DNA from: Candidatus Nomurabacteria bacterium
Lineage (GTDB): Bacteria > Patescibacteriota > Minisyncoccia > Phycocordibacterales > UBA9973
DNA: 64,000 nt
Assembly: GCA_003155695.1 (NCBI GenBank)
Contig: PMDZ01000005.1
Location: forward strand, 49,913 to 113,912
Reading direction: 5' to 3'
Numbering within the stretch: position 1 is the stretch's first letter; the number at the start of each line of letters is the position of its first letter. Under the pieces are notes generated by a model. That model was not told where the DNA came from and did no database searches. It saw only the letters and a program-made list of their open reading frames with translations. A program made the translations under genes and the position numbers. Below, piece after piece: positions 54,589 through 64,000 of the stretch.

Positions 54589-55635
54589 TTAAAGAATAGC
54601 TGTGCATTTGATTCCGGTTGTAGTGCTAAATGCCGTGGATGGAGTGCACCCGGCTGGAAGTGTTCCATTCACACTTGCCAAGGCCGCATATGACATAGAG
54701 CCAAACACTCCGTCGGGAGTTAAGCCTTTACTGGTTTGGAAAGCTATTACTGCCGCTTTGGTTTTCGGACCAAAGTTACCATCGGCAGATATTCCCAGAG
54801 TTGTCTGAAGTAGCTTGACATCGTCCCCTGTTGAACCGATTCGTAGCGTCCTTGTAATGGATATTAATATTTTATTTGCCAAGGCTTTGATAATGGAATC
54901 CGGAAGCTCAATATTAAGTGTCTGAGCTGAAACTAATTCTTTACGATACATTATTACCATATTTTCCGCCAACTTCGTCTTATTATCGGCATTATCAAGA
55001 ATATTCTTTAGATATTTTATTTTATCTGCAAGAGGAAAAATTCTTGTCAACCTAGGGAAAGGGTCGGTCGCTACATCATTATCACGAACTTCAAAATGCA
55101 AATGTGTTGCTCCACCCGCAGCATTACCGGTGTTGCCAACGTAACCAATTAATTCTCCTTTCGAAAGTTCATCACCTTCAGTGATATCGGCAATTTCGTT
55201 AAGATGCATGTAGGCAAAAGTTTCTCCGCCGGGATTCGCTGTGTAAACATAATTACCGGCAGTATCGCCGACGCCAATGCGTATAACTACCGCATCCGTT
55301 GGTGAGACAACTGGCGCGCCTCTTGGAGCCATAATATCAAGACCTTCGTGAGTACGACCACCAGACCTCGGGTCGCCAAAACTACTATAAAGATTATCGG
55401 GTGTCACACCAAAGAGGATAGGGATAGGAAGGTCTACTACTTTGTCACTATCCAAATTATTTATCTTATTGTTAAGCGAACTTGAGCCCCTGCTCCACCC
55501 ACTTACTTGTCCCCAATCCACTCCTTCCCAAGGTCGGAGAGCAGCAAACGTCGTTAATGGTAAAATTGTGATTAAAACGAATAAAAAAAGGCTAATTATG
55601 CCAATAATTCGATAAATATGCTGTTTTTTCCTCAT
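54589..55635 (-). CDS. M23 peptidase with C-terminal peptidoglycan-binding domain
   Basis: HEGLD (HxxxD), YMHL, GNTGNA, HLHFE; G.DVK.LQ, DG.FGPKT..AV..FQ; start moved to MRKKQH. Confidence 0.9.
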   Translation of the reverse strand: MRKKQHIYRIIGIISLFLFVLITILPLTTFAALRPWEGVDWGQVSGWSRGSSSLNNKINNLDSDKVVDLPIPILFGVTPDNLYSSFGDPRSGGRTHEGLDIMAPRGAPVVSPTDAVVIRIGVGDTAGNYVYTANPGGETFAYMHLNEIADITEGDELSKGELIGYVGNTGNAAGGATHLHFEVRDNDVATDPFPRLTRIFPLADKIKYLKNILDNADNKTKLAENMVIMYRKELVSAQTLNIELPDSIIKALANKILISITRTLRIGSTGDDVKLLQTTLGISADGNFGPKTKAAVIAFQTSKGLTPDGVFGSMSYAALASVNGTLPAGCTPSTAFSTTTGIKCTAIL

Positions 55636-55671
55636 ATGCAATTATAGCACTTTTTTGGGGATTAATTGAAT

Positions 55672-57621
55672 CTACAAGAAAATCCTAAAACTAAATTTAG
55701 ATGTTGAGTTAATTAATCTAGAAAACATATTTTTAAACCGGAATGGTGACACGATAGACTCTTTTTCTATAAAATCAACCAAAAACATCTCCGGCACAAC
55801 TTTATGAAACAAAAAGAGCGTCAATTGCTTTTCGGCTTGGATTGAGAGATCATCAATAACAATATCTATTTTGTATGTATTTCCGGTTAATCTAACGCAA
55901 CCGAGAACTTTCGCGGGTAAAATAATATTTTGGGGTTCTCCCTGTATAATAAATTCAATTTCTTCTTTTGGGATGGCGACATCACAAAATATATGAGCTC
56001 CAGCAAGACTAATTGACTCAATAACACCGCTCACCCTGGTAATTACATCGGCTGATTTGTATGATATTAGACTATGCACAGATGAGGGCTTAAAAACGTG
56101 GGTCCGACTTTTTTGATTATTGTAATTTCTTAAAAAATTAATAAGTGAGCCGACAAATATAAGATTAAAACTGTTCCAAAATAAAGCAGTTGCGACAAGA
56201 CTATGCAAGAAGTCTTTAATGTTGCGATTGGAATAAATAAACCAATAATAGATACAAAATATGTTGGCAGCAAACATCGTGACCCAGATTATGAAAAGTA
56301 GATAATAAATAAACGTATTTTGTTTTTCAACCTTTACCTTTTGGGAAACTCTGAATTTCTTTTGTACTCTAATAAGAGCTTTTAACGCTATGACACTGGA
56401 AAAAATACTGGCTATACCAAAATGTTCAGTATAAACAGGATGAAATGTACGACGAGAATAGATATAAGTGACAAAGTAAGAGAAGCCTAAAAATGACATA
56501 AAAACAATTAGATATCGAAGATTGGGAACGTGCGCCATAGGATTAACCAGCAACAAACTAAATAAAATGATTACTGGCAATAACAAATAAAATAATTTTT
56601 GAATACCATTTAAAAAGAAACTTGCTGAATTGAAATAACAAATTCTTTGCATAAGAGTTAGCCCTTTAGCCCATAAAGGAGAATCCGATGATCTAAAAAG
56701 AAGACCGAGCGAACCTGCTCCCCATCGAGTTCTTTGTTTGTGATATTCTGCCAAATCCTCCGGGGCCAAACCATGCGCAAGTTGTTCACTGAGAAATAAG
56801 GACCTCCAGCCTTTAGCATGAAGCTTGAGTGAAGTATGTAAATCCTCGGTCGCAGTTTCTGTAGCAAAACCGCCAACAGAATCAATAGCCGAACGACGAA
56901 GTATCGCTCCGCTACCGCAAAAGAAAGCGGCATTGAACGCATTTTTTGCCGGTTGAATCGATTCATAAAACATACTTTCCTCATTCCAGTAATTTCGATG
57001 AGAAAGTTTGCGAAATTGTATGCTTTCCGTATTATAAAATGTTTGAGGTGTCTGAACAAAAGCCAGATTTTCATCGGTAAAATAACCCAGCGTTCTTTCA
57101 ATAAAATTTTTCTGAGGAACATGGTCGCAATCCAGGCAAACTATAAATTCCGCATCAGAATTTTCCAAGCCAAAATTCATGTTACCTGCTTTTGCATGAA
57201 AATTATCCGGTCGCGCTAAATATTTAGCGCCTATTTTTTGTGTCATTTCTTTGATATTTTCTCGTTTGCCATCATCCAAAACATACACATTACGGACACC
57301 ACAAATATTGAGTGCACCTATAACAGTCATTTTAATAATATGTTCCGGTTCGTTTAATGTAGGGATGAAAACATCTACAGTTCTATCCTGCAAAGGAGGT
57401 ACCCAAATCGGGTGCATTATGCGCCGTGCCGTTATCAGATATAACACGGATATTATGGCGCTATAGGCTTCAGACAAGACTAACGGCCACGCATACCAAG
57501 TATGCCAAGTTGATGCTATTTCAAAACGCCAGAGAAGATAAAAAATACAAACAAGGATATATGCCGGTAGTAAGTAATTAAATATTAATGATGTTTTTTC
57601 CTCGTTAAACTTATTGGGCAT
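55672..57621 (-). CDS. Processive GT2 beta-glucan synthase (BcsA/CesA-like) with degenerate PilZ-like C-terminus
   Basis: DDG.R, HAKAGN.N, DCD, QTPQ, FFCGS, TED, QRTRW; several TMs. Confidence 0.88.
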   Translation of the reverse strand: MPNKFNEEKTSLIFNYLLPAYILVCIFYLLWRFEIASTWHTWYAWPLVLSEAYSAIISVLYLITARRIMHPIWVPPLQDRTVDVFIPTLNEPEHIIKMTVIGALNICGVRNVYVLDDGKRENIKEMTQKIGAKYLARPDNFHAKAGNMNFGLENSDAEFIVCLDCDHVPQKNFIERTLGYFTDENLAFVQTPQTFYNTESIQFRKLSHRNYWNEESMFYESIQPAKNAFNAAFFCGSGAILRRSAIDSVGGFATETATEDLHTSLKLHAKGWRSLFLSEQLAHGLAPEDLAEYHKQRTRWGAGSLGLLFRSSDSPLWAKGLTLMQRICYFNSASFFLNGIQKLFYLLLPVIILFSLLLVNPMAHVPNLRYLIVFMSFLGFSYFVTYIYSRRTFHPVYTEHFGIASIFSSVIALKALIRVQKKFRVSQKVKVEKQNTFIYYLLFIIWVTMFAANIFCIYYWFIYSNRNIKDFLHSLVATALFWNSFNLIFVGSLINFLRNYNNQKSRTHVFKPSSVHSLISYKSADVITRVSGVIESISLAGAHIFCDVAIPKEEIEFIIQGEPQNIILPAKVLGCVRLTGNTYKIDIVIDDLSIQAEKQLTLFLFHKVVPEMFLVDFIEKESIVSPFRFKNMFSRLINSTSKFSFRIFL

Positions 57622-57689
57622 GTTTTTATGGTTAAATTCTCTAATAAAAAACCCTAGATAATCATTCTAGAGTCTGATTACTAGTCCAT

Positions 57690-57718
57690 ATTATATTACA
57701 AAAGACGTAAAAAGTCAA
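57690..57718 (-). promoter_or_regulatory. sigma70-type promoter of the glucan synthase gene
   Basis: TTGACT-17 nt-TATAAT. Confidence 0.7.
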
Positions 57719-57749
57719 GTGTTGGGATCTTTTTATCAGAAAATAAATA

Positions 57750-58040
57750 TTAAACAATCAAAAGTAAAATCAGAAAAAGAATCGCAAAACAAGCGAAAAT
57801 TCCGACTGTTTTGATAAAGAACGCTACGGCTTCTTTCTTTTGGTTGTCCAAGTAAAGTTGCAACGGCTCGGACAAAAATAAATATCCCATAACTGCCGCC
57901 GACAGGACAAACAGGCTCAACAAGCTCATGGGAATAAGTATGGTTTCCTTCGGTAAAATCAAGGTTACAATGTTTATGATAAGAACAATGACAACGATAT
58001 ATAATGCTGCCGTTAAGGCATGTAAAAATGGTTTTTTCAT
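57750..58040 (-). CDS. Small three-TM membrane protein
   Basis: LFVLSAA.MGYLF...P..LYL...KKEA..FF. Confidence 0.7.
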   Translation of the reverse strand: MKKPFLHALTAALYIVVIVLIINIVTLILPKETILIPMSLLSLFVLSAAVMGYLFLSEPLQLYLDNQKKEAVAFFIKTVGIFACFAILFLILLLIV

Positions 58041-58071
58041 ATTGAGCTATTGTAACATAATTTAAATATTT

Positions 58072-58617
58072 TTATTTTTTGGCGCGTACCAGACTAAATG
58101 TGCCACTGAAGTTTTCGGTAATTTTTTCATTGGAGCCGATTCTCGTAAAAGTTCCGGTTATAGCATTGTTGGTGAAACTTGCCTCATAGTTCAGATTGAC
58201 GCCGAGAACTGTTTGACTTTCGAAAGTCATTTTATTCCCGTTAATTTGCGATTGTATTGTCTTACTGATACTCTCTACACATTTGGGTGGATCACCGGCG
58301 GCAGATCTGCTAGAAGTGTAACAAAGATTATTAAACGTGACCGTCCCATAAGCAACATTGTTTTCGACTTTGTCGATTGTTAAACTTATATCACCACTAA
58401 CATCGATTTTGGCAGTCGTGTTGAAAATAGCTATATTGCCCGAACCTTGCATGCCCTTACCTTCAACAGCTGAAATCCAATTCCCGACCAAATTTTCCTG
58501 TCCATTTTTAACTCCACCCATTTTTGATTTTCCCATTGCTAACACTATTGCCACAATAACCACGACTATAACTATTGCACCGATTAAATAATATTTTGAC
58601 GTTGGTTTATTTTCCAT
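58072..58617 (-). CDS. Membrane-anchored beta-rich hypothetical protein
   Basis: N-terminal TM, alternating beta pattern, one Cys pair. Confidence 0.65.
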   Translation of the reverse strand: MENKPTSKYYLIGAIVIVVVIVAIVLAMGKSKMGGVKNGQENLVGNWISAVEGKGMQGSGNIAIFNTTAKIDVSGDISLTIDKVENNVAYGTVTFNNLCYTSSRSAAGDPPKCVESISKTIQSQINGNKMTFESQTVLGVNLNYEASFTNNAITGTFTRIGSNEKITENFSGTFSLVRAKK

Positions 58618-58704
58618 ATTTTTATAAAAATTTTTAATAAAACTAACAGACTCGTCGCACTTTCGACTTTTTATATTATACTATTTATTCATTTTTGAGT
58701 AAAT

Positions 58705-59247
58705 CTAATTGGAAGCCGTACAACCAACCTGGGCGTATAACATGGTTGTATATTCTTTGGTCAAATCAGGTATAAGCATTTTCCCACTCGGAACGAGCGG
58801 ATAACGTAACTTCTCGATTCCCGTCAGCCCGGCTTTGTATATTTCTTTCTCTTTATTGGGCGAGCCTTCAATAACATATGAAAAGACATCGGTAATTGTA
58901 TTATTGGCCAAAGTTCCGGTAATCGTTCCGCTATAGCCATTGGTCATGTCCGGACCCTTCTGTGTCCCCGTCTTTGTCCCGGTAACAGTTGAGCCTTTGA
59001 TATTTATATCAATAAATTCATTGACGGTGTACGGTTCGGTCGCAGTTGCCTCATGATTGTATGTGTAGCATTGTCGGCCATCCTTTAAAACTATTTTGGG
59101 CTGGCTCGCCGGCAGAGTGACGATATCCGGTACTCCATCGGATATAATGATTCGGCCGACTAATTGAGGTACCCAAATCTTTTGGGTTGCCAACAATCCT
59201 ATCCCGATGACGATAAGTATAAAAAGAAATATTCTGATTGCTTTCAT
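58705..59247 (-). CDS. Exported/anchored hypothetical protein
   Basis: N-terminal hydrophobic segment, beta-rich body, two Cys. Confidence 0.65.
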   Translation of the reverse strand: MKAIRIFLFILIVIGIGLLATQKIWVPQLVGRIIISDGVPDIVTLPASQPKIVLKDGRQCYTYNHEATATEPYTVNEFIDINIKGSTVTGTKTGTQKGPDMTNGYSGTITGTLANNTITDVFSYVIEGSPNKEKEIYKAGLTGIEKLRYPLVPSGKMLIPDLTKEYTTMLYAQVGCTASN

Positions 59248-59276
59248 AAAATTAATTATTGTAAAAAATATTTTAA

Positions 59277-59633
59277 TTAAAGCCCATATTGGCCCAAATC
59301 GGAATTAATATTATCAACCGACGTTTTAATTACCCTTTGCGTAACTACAACGGCAAACCAGATTGTAATAATAGTGGAAAGAACTAGTATTATCCATGCG
59401 ATTTGACCAATTTTTCTGGCTTTTGGGTCGTTTGATTTGAAATATTTTATTCCGGGCCATTTTTTCGCAAAAATAAAACAAAGCATGGGAAGAATAATAC
59501 TGAATGCATATATCCACACTTGAGTTGCAACAGTTGTGGAAAGCGGAGCTGAATTCAATTTAACGCCGCAATTGGGACAAAAATAATATTGGGGTAATAT
59601 CGGCTGATGACAGACAGGGCAAATATTTTCCAT
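59277..59633 (-). CDS. Zinc-ribbon membrane protein
   Basis: CPVC....P..YFCPNCG followed by two TMs. Confidence 0.75.
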   Translation of the reverse strand: MENICPVCHQPILPQYYFCPNCGVKLNSAPLSTTVATQVWIYAFSIILPMLCFIFAKKWPGIKYFKSNDPKARKIGQIAWIILVLSTIITIWFAVVVTQRVIKTSVDNINSDLGQYGL

Positions 59634-59679
59634 GTTTTTAGTATATCAAACTCACAATTAAAATCCTAGCTGGCTACAG

Positions 59680-59699
59680 TAGCAAGGAAATCCTTGCTA
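59680..59699. repeat. REP-like palindrome
   Basis: TAGCAAGGA-aa-TCCTTGCTA. Confidence 0.6.
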
Positions 59700-59783
59700 G
59701 TTTTATTTTTGAAGTTAAAACCGCTTGCATAAAACACCCCACATGCGATAATATAAGTGTATTCATCCAAATAATTTATTGAT

Positions 59784-60542
59784 ATGATGTTTATATCTAA
59801 ACACAAAAAAATAATTTTATTTGTACTCTTAATTTCGATTATGACCGTTATTTTTGTGGTATATTATCAAAATAAATTTTTGATACCACGACAGTCATTG
59901 TCTTTTAAGATAAATAAAACAAAAGAAAATTATACAAACCAAGCCGCTGTTGTTTTGCTAACTTTGCCCACAAAAAGCAGTTTTAACGTGGGAGATGAAA
60001 TTGATGTTTTTTTGCAAGTAAACAGCCTCGATCAGGCTATCAACGCTGTAGCAGGCTCTATTACTTTTCCAAATGATAAGTTGAAAATAATTAGTTCATC
60101 TAAAGACAATTCAATAGTTAACTTTTGGATAAATGAACCTTCTTTAAATGATAGTGGAGATGCGATTGATTTTTCTGGTGTAATGACTTCACATAGTTTT
60201 GCAGGGCAAGCAGGCCAAATCCTAACTGTATCATTTAGGGTAATAGCTGGAGGTGCCGCAATGATTGATATAAAAAACACTCAAGTGCTTGCAGATGATG
60301 GACTAGGCACCAACATTTTAGCAACCATAGTCCCAGCAAGCTTAACGCTTGTTTCTCCTACTTCTAAAAAAAATAAATACGATCTTAATGGGGATAGCAA
60401 AGTCGATTTGTCTGACATCAGTATTCTAATATCTCATCTTGGTGTTTTGAATGATTCTCGGTTTGATTTTAATGGAGATGGCAAGGTTGATATAAAAGAC
60501 CTAAGTATATTCATATCAGTCTTGCTACAAAATAAAAGATAA
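59784..60542 (+). CDS. Membrane-anchored cohesin-like domain plus dockerin-like (two EF-hand-type repeats) protein
   Basis: TM; INAV.G.ITFP.D.L, FW..EP, G.IL.V.F, VLADDG.GT; DLNGDSKVDLSD and DFNGDGKVDIKD. Confidence 0.8.
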   Translation: MMFISKHKKIILFVLLISIMTVIFVVYYQNKFLIPRQSLSFKINKTKENYTNQAAVVLLTLPTKSSFNVGDEIDVFLQVNSLDQAINAVAGSITFPNDKLKIISSSKDNSIVNFWINEPSLNDSGDAIDFSGVMTSHSFAGQAGQILTVSFRVIAGGAAMIDIKNTQVLADDGLGTNILATIVPASLTLVSPTSKKNKYDLNGDSKVDLSDISILISHLGVLNDSRFDFNGDGKVDIKDLSIFISVLLQNKR

Positions 60543-60695
60543 TTTAACTCTTATAAGATACCGAGCATAACTAGCAAAAACGGTTCTTGCTTAACTACTT
60601 GTTATTAAACTAATTTAAATCAACCCAAAGATCTCCTTCTTTAGGATTGTTAGGTGGTACCTTTGCTGCAGTTATCTTTGAAGTTCCAATTCCTT

Positions 60696-60733
60696 GTCTT
60701 TCGCAAGTCTTTCGCAAGGACTGTCCTTGCGAA
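60696..60733. repeat. REP-like palindrome with adjacent 11 nt direct duplication
   Basis: gtctttcgcaa x2 overlapping TTCGCAAGGAC-t-GTCCTTGCGAA. Confidence 0.7.
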
Positions 60734-60738
60734 TTCTA

Positions 60739-61131
60739 CTATTGCGGTCTTTTGTATTGTGAAAGCCCGAGAATGTTCCCCTCAGAATCTTTAAACCAGG
60801 CAAGGTTTCCCATCTCTCCATTTTTACCGAGCGGCGTTTTGCCGCGAACGACCGAGCCACCATTTTCGACAATTTTAGCGATTGCCGCGTCGATATCATC
60901 GACATCGACATAAAACATCGGGTACGGCATGTTGGGGTCGCGCTTGCTGGAACCACCATTTATAAAACCCGGCTCAATTGGCTGCATTTTTTCGTTTATC
61001 TCTCCCGTTTGCCAACTGGTGTATCCCATTTGCTCCCACTCGAAAGGCTTCCAACCAAAAACTTTTTGATAAAACGACTTCGCTCTCTCCTTGTCATCCC
61101 AAGGAAACTCAAAATGTGTAACTTTGTTCAT
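60739..61131 (-). CDS. VOC (glyoxalase/bleomycin resistance) family protein
   Basis: VTHFE...DD.ERA..FY..VFGW, INGG, VDDID, FKDSEGN. Confidence 0.9.
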   Translation of the reverse strand: MNKVTHFEFPWDDKERAKSFYQKVFGWKPFEWEQMGYTSWQTGEINEKMQPIEPGFINGGSSKRDPNMPYPMFYVDVDDIDAAIAKIVENGGSVVRGKTPLGKNGEMGNLAWFKDSEGNILGLSQYKRPQ

Positions 61132-61224
61132 AATTCAATTGTACCAAAAAATAATTAATTTTATATTAAAAAGCGATTATCTTCGCAATATTACGAGATG
61201 GGAAGGTCGATGCTGGAACCTTTT

Positions 61225-61785
61225 TCACAAAGAAAACGTCTCTTTGATTTTCTGAGCAACAATCACCGGATCTAGGTGTGTATTATTTATTCTCAAATAA
61301 TTTTTCTCCATTATTTCTCCTTCTAATGAATTCGGTCTATGATTTAAAATACTTTCCCTTAATTTATCATCTGAGCCAGCCTCGCCTCTTTTTGATGGTT
61401 TATGGTTTAATCGATTTTCTGTCTTATTCCGCTTTATCCGCTCTTCTATATCAGATTCAAGCTCTACGTAATATATTTCCGCTCCTTTATCCCTAAATAT
61501 TTTTGTAAGATTTTCAATATAATCCCAGTCGTGTTTATCGTCAAAATACCAAACGTATGTAAAAATTAATCCTTCCAAATCACTCGAAGCAACCTCTTTA
61601 AAGATTTCTTCACGAAAAAGATTCGAGAGTCTCTTGAAGGAAGAAGTTCCGTAGTCAAAAAAATTCAAAACTAATTCAATACTCATATGATTATGAAACA
61701 ACTTTAGATTAGTTATTTTTTCTAGTTCTTGCCCTACTGTCATCTTACCAACAGCTTGTGGCCCTATTATAAGAATAAATTTCAT
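61225..61785 (-). CDS. P-loop kinase (shikimate kinase-like AAA family)
   Basis: IIGPQAVGKMTVG, LFHNH..IE, ER..RN.TE.R...KPSKR. Confidence 0.8.
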   Translation of the reverse strand: MKFILIIGPQAVGKMTVGQELEKITNLKLFHNHMSIELVLNFFDYGTSSFKRLSNLFREEIFKEVASSDLEGLIFTYVWYFDDKHDWDYIENLTKIFRDKGAEIYYVELESDIEERIKRNKTENRLNHKPSKRGEAGSDDKLRESILNHRPNSLEGEIMEKNYLRINNTHLDPVIVAQKIKETFSL

Positions 61786-61823
61786 AATTTCAAGTATACC
61801 AAAATTCTAGTTAAAAGTGATAG

Positions 61824-61894
61824 CTGCCGAACAGGGATTCGAACCCCAATTTTCTCCTCCAGAGGGAGACGTGCTACCTTTACACCATTCGGCA
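61824..61894 (-). tRNA. tRNA-Gln (anticodon CTG), CCA not encoded
   Basis: Acceptor TGCCGAA/TTCGGCA with U1-A72, anticodon arm TCTCC-CTCTGGA-GGAGA, T loop TTCGAAT. Confidence 0.95.
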
Positions 61895-61972
61895 ATGTGA
61901 TTTCATCATATTACCATAAAATGACGGAAAAACAACCGAAAAAGGTTGAAAAATAATAAGGATTAGGATATA

Positions 61973-62656
61973 ATGGCTCCCATGACAAATCAAAACGATA
62001 ATGGGGCAAATGTTATAGATATAAAATTAAAAGAGATTCAGGATGAATTCCATCAGGGTTTGGAGACGGTGAGCAAATTCAGTCCGGCAGTCACTTTCTA
62101 TGGGTCAACGCGAATGACGGAGGACAGTCCATACTATAAAAAGGTTAGGGATTTGACTTATCGGATTTCCACCGAGCTGGGTTATGCCATTCTCTCCGGT
62201 GGCGGTCCCGGGATTATGGAAGCGGCTAACCGTGGAGCATTTGAGGCCGGAGGAAAATCGGTAGGATTGACGATAAAACTTCCGAATAAACAAATAACTA
62301 ACCCATATCTGACCGACGAAATAATGTTCCATTTCTTTTTCACCAGAAAATCAACTCTTTTTTTCTCGACTGAAGTGTGCATCTTCTGCCCGGGTGGATT
62401 CGGAACATTCGACGAGCTTTTCGAAATTCTTAATCTTCAGCAAACAAAAAAGATGGGCAAAATTCCGGTAATTCTTTACGGTTCCGATTTCTGGAATTCA
62501 ATTGATAAAACAATAAAAGAAGTCCTGCTTGAAAAGTATCATACCGTCAGCAAGGAAGATTTGGACCTATATACCATAACCGATGATGAGGATGAAATAT
62601 TGGAGATAATCAAAACCAGTAAAATTCGTAATGGTGAAGATTCACTCCTTGAATAA
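61973..62656 (+). CDS. LOG family (TIGR00730) nucleotide phosphoribohydrolase
   Basis: GGGPGIMEAANRGA, FFTRK, PGGFGTFDELFE. Confidence 0.92.
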   Translation: MAPMTNQNDNGANVIDIKLKEIQDEFHQGLETVSKFSPAVTFYGSTRMTEDSPYYKKVRDLTYRISTELGYAILSGGGPGIMEAANRGAFEAGGKSVGLTIKLPNKQITNPYLTDEIMFHFFFTRKSTLFFSTEVCIFCPGGFGTFDELFEILNLQQTKKMGKIPVILYGSDFWNSIDKTIKEVLLEKYHTVSKEDLDLYTITDDEDEILEIIKTSKIRNGEDSLLE

Positions 62657-62660
62657 AAGA

Positions 62661-62697
62661 AACCCCCGCCAACATCTGTGAAGTTGCGGCGGGGGTT
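62661..62697. terminator. GC-rich hairpin between convergent LOG and pyrG genes
   Basis: AACCCCCGCC...GGCGGGGGTT flanked by A/T-rich tracts. Confidence 0.75.
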
Positions 62698-62727
62698 ATT
62701 TATTTTGATTTTCTATTTTATTTTTAT

Positions 62728-64000
62728 CTATTTTTTCTTATTTTTGATACAAGCTTTAATGAAAGCCGTGAAGAGTGGCTGCGGAGAAAGTGGGCGTCCA
62801 CTGAATTCCGGATGGAATTGTGTTCCCAGATAAAATGGATGGACATTCGTAGGCAATTCGGCGATTTCGCAAAGCATGCCGTCGGGCGACATCCCGGAGA
62901 AAACAAGCCCGGCTTTTTCTAGCGCATCTTTATAACTGTTGTTCACTTCATAACGATGTCTGTGACGCTCCGATATCGTATCTAAGCCATAAGCATCACC
63001 GGCGACACTCCCCTTTTTTAACTTGGCGGGATAAGCGCCCAAACGCATGGTACCACCCATCTTTTTCTTTTCTATTTTTTCTTTTTGATCTTCCATCACA
63101 TCAATCACTAAATTCTTCGAATCGGGATTGACTTCCCGGGTATTGGCGTCTTTCAATTTCAAAACATTGCGGGCATATTCAATGACCATCATCTGCATGC
63201 CATAACACAAACCAAAATAAGGAATTTTATTAATTCTTGCATATTCGACAGCCATCAATATCCCTTCGATTCCACGCGAACCGAAACCTCCGGGAACAAT
63301 TATGCCGTCGAATTGCGAAAGTTTTTTGACCGATTTCGGATCTTTCTCAAAATCAAGCGACGATATCCAAGTAAGTGACGGTTTGACGTGGCAAGTGTAG
63401 GCCGAATATTTGATAGCTTCGATCACACTCAAATATGAATCGGAAAAAGTAAAATCACCGTTATTGAAATATTTACCAACGACGGCAATTTTTAATTCCT
63501 TTTTTGGGGTATGGGCCGATTTGGCAAATTTAGCCCATTTTTTGGAATTTTCATTTGGAACAATACTACAAGTCATCCCCATAACTTCACAAATAATATC
63601 GCCCAATCCTTCCTTTTCAAAATTTATCGGAATATCGTAAATACTTTCCACGTCTGGGGCAGAAATAACACGATCTTGCGCAATATTGCAGAACATTGAA
63701 ATTTTTTCCTTTCTTTTTTCATCGAGAGGCATCTTGCTTCGTGCGACGATAATATCCGGCTGAATCCCTGATGAATTCAGGGTTCTGGCTGCATGCTGGG
63801 TTGGCTTTGTCTTCATCTCCCCGACATTGCTTGGTATCGGTAAATAAGAGACCATAACAAAAAAGACACTGCTTGGATTCTTGAGCTTCATCATACGAGC
63901 GGCTTCCAAGAATAAGATATTCTCGTATTCACCAATGGTTCCACCGATTTCAATAATGACAACATTGGCTTTAGTTTTGATTCTCGCTTCCTCTATCCGA
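62728..64000 (-). CDS. pyrG: CTP synthase, 5' truncated by window edge
   Basis: EIGGTIG upstream of track start, KTKPTQH, PGGFGSRG, GLCYGMQ, ERHRHRYE, QFHPE. Confidence 0.96.
   Translation of the reverse strand, partial: RIEEARIKTKANVVIIEIGGTIGEYENILFLEAARMMKLKNPSSVFFVMVSYLPIPSNVGEMKTKPTQHAARTLNSSGIQPDIIVARSKMPLDEKRKEKISMFCNIAQDRVISAPDVESIYDIPINFEKEGLGDIICEVMGMTCSIVPNENSKKWAKFAKSAHTPKKELKIAVVGKYFNNGDFTFSDSYLSVIEAIKYSAYTCHVKPSLTWISSLDFEKDPKSVKKLSQFDGIIVPGGFGSRGIEGILMAVEYARINKIPYFGLCYGMQMMVIEYARNVLKLKDANTREVNPDSKNLVIDVMEDQKEKIEKKKMGGTMRLGAYPAKLKKGSVAGDAYGLDTISERHRHRYEVNNSYKDALEKAGLVFSGMSPDGMLCEIAELPTNVHPFYLGTQFHPEFSGRPLSPQPLFTAFIKACIKNKKK

Noticed and set aside
60647-60959. ORFs 60672-60959 (-) and 60647-60913 (+) as genes or a frameshifted VOC extension
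   Set aside because: They overlap an intact VOC gene and run through a palindrome; no motif or slippery site seen
61225-61894. tRNA-Gln as integration site of a genomic island
   Set aside because: No integrase and no duplicated tRNA 3' end noticed in the window
883-63699. Numerous 60-190 aa antisense or alternate-frame ORFs nested in conserved genes
   Set aside because: Shadow ORFs with no motifs or independent expression signals
1-64000. Alternative genetic code (UGA=Gly) as in Gracilibacteria/Absconditabacteria
   Set aside because: Conserved genes are uninterrupted under code 11, and rnj and pgl end at TGA

Overview
Housekeeping-rich 64 kb segment of a low-GC bacterium using the standard code (TGA is used as a stop). 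Gene content points to Patescibacteria/CPR, probably Parcubacteria (inference): short rpsF-ssb-rpsR operon, alpha2-type GlyRS, type-2 IleRS, DUF5667-like anti-sigma, cohesin/dockerin and many small membrane proteins. It holds four aminoacyl-tRNA synthetases, a dTTP-synthesis cluster (dut, tmk, glyA, thyA, folA, dCMP deaminase), a MacAB-type exporter, three ECF sigma/anti-sigma modules, the oxidative pentose phosphate trio, an orphan BcsA-like synthase, tRNA-Gln(CTG) and partial pyrG. I saw no transposase, integrase, prophage or CRISPR array. The most notable unexplained signals are: (1) a family of ~80-90 bp palindromic elements closed by a GAA/GTA internal loop, with two related intergenic copies and one similar element sitting in-frame inside ileS; (2) an IleRS with an inserted histidine-phosphatase domain and a non-canonical GIHH motif, coupled to NUDIX and HAD hydrolases; (3) two orphan promoter-structure-terminator units that look like unannotated ~220-250 nt RNAs; (4) a shared AATTACG heptamer cassette directly upstream of two start codons and also inside ileS; (5) pervasive leaderless gene starts and readable ECF promoter motifs. 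All product calls come from motif recognition by eye; no searches were run.
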